This document shows positions 62,846 through 64,000 of a DNA stretch of 64,000 bases, piece by piece. A program made the position numbers and the translations under genes. Source of the stretch: Mytilus trossulus (taxonomy: Eukaryota); assembly GCF_036588685.1 (NCBI RefSeq), contig NC_086379.1, positions 62,930,001-62,994,000 of the forward strand, in the 5' to 3' direction. The stretch's first letter is position 1. Each line of letters opens with the position of its first letter. The notes beneath the pieces are model-generated. The model ran no database searches, was not told the origin of the DNA, and worked only from the letters and a program-made list of their open reading frames with translations.

Positions 62846-64000
62846 CACAAAGTTAAGTCTGATTATAACATTAAAAAAATTCATTGATATTTTCCACTTG
62901 ATTCATATGTTTTTGGTAGTATTCAAGAACGAGATTTAAACGAAACTTAATCCTGTACCTTTGATAACTTTTAACGTCAGAAGAATACATCTTTAGTTGA
63001 ATCATAACAAATTAAAGATCTTGTATTTTGACTTTAACATTTGCGCCATATGTTTGACATAAAGGACCTTAATTTTCTCTCTCCAAAGCTATACTCACTC
63101 AGTAGTAATATCGTTTGCATGTTACTACTTTTGAAAAAAAGTTTTTTTTACATTGTTTACTCGTTAATTTTTAAACGTACATATTGTTACATATTGTCTC
63201 ACATGTGAGATAAAATGTGTGCATCTGAAGGACGCCTCCGGGTGCGGGAATTTCTCGCTACATTGAAGACCTGTTGGTGACCTTCTGCTGTTGTTTTTTT
63301 TTCTACGGTTTCCACAGAAATATCTACTGATAAGATATTTGTTTGACAATTACATGACGCAATCTCATTAATGGTATACAAATATGTGACAAAACCTTTT
63401 TATATCAGGAATTTGAATAGAGAAAGGTACAAGTCCAATTCGAAATACAATTAGAATTTAATTATAGAATGAACAACTTGTTAATGGAATACATTTACTT
63501 TAATGCATCTCGAAATACTTAGTGTAAACGCAATAAAGAAACAGTTCTACTAATAGATGAAGCAAAAAACGATTGGTTAAAAGGGTAATATTTCCTATCA
63601 TGAACATAGGAATTCTAATTATTTACAGTTTTCTTTGTAGTAACTAAACATCAAAAGGGCAAAATCTAACCGTAAGGAATCATGCCATAAGAATAGTTCC
63701 CTAGTCAAAGAAATATCGAAATAAGGGGGGAAAACAATGTAAACAAACTTTTTAGTGCTTGCGTCCAACAAAAAATGGCAAACACGAAAACCAATTTAAC
63801 TGCTCAAGGTGTGCATTTCGATAATTAAAGTCTCTTTTGGTTTCTTTAAGTCTATAATATTTGAAAAAATCAAGCTATTACAAACATTGAGTAGCTATTA
63901 AAACCCAATTAGAACAAAATTTATCCAAACAAGACATAGAAGCAGAGCTTTGTACCACGGAGCTATATCATTAAACATAAAAAGTTTCAAATATTTTGAA

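Overview
AT-rich (about 30-33% GC by eye), repeat-dense eukaryotic genomic DNA, most likely from a bivalve mollusc. The repeat families look Mytilus-like; this is from recall, not a search. No intact host gene is evident. The main coding feature is a 6.24-kb L1/Tx1-type non-LTR retrotransposon on the minus strand (55119-61362) with a poly(A) tail and a 13-bp TSD, truncated at the 5' end just inside ORF1. Its ORF1 is unusual: three CCHC knuckles are fused to a C-terminal SGNH esterase domain. Its EN-RT-CCHC ORF2 carries five lesions. The most striking non-coding system is a dispersed family of type I hammerhead-ribozyme elements (retrozyme-like). There are at least 10 recognisable hammerheads in two co-varying subfamilies, including one tandem pair delimiting a 341-nt monomer. 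Most copies end about 40 nt past the cleavage site at a TGGTAYCTTT-N10 terminus, which is also present on Penelope-like element tails in the same window. Also present: degenerate Penelope-like RT fragments, an internally deleted Tc1 element, two TTAA-flanked Kolobok-like MITEs, a 163-bp hairpin element, a 74-bp (2 x 37) higher-order satellite, several dispersed repeat families and decayed Ig-superfamily-like exons. Repeat boundaries were read by eye and are approximate unless stated otherwise.
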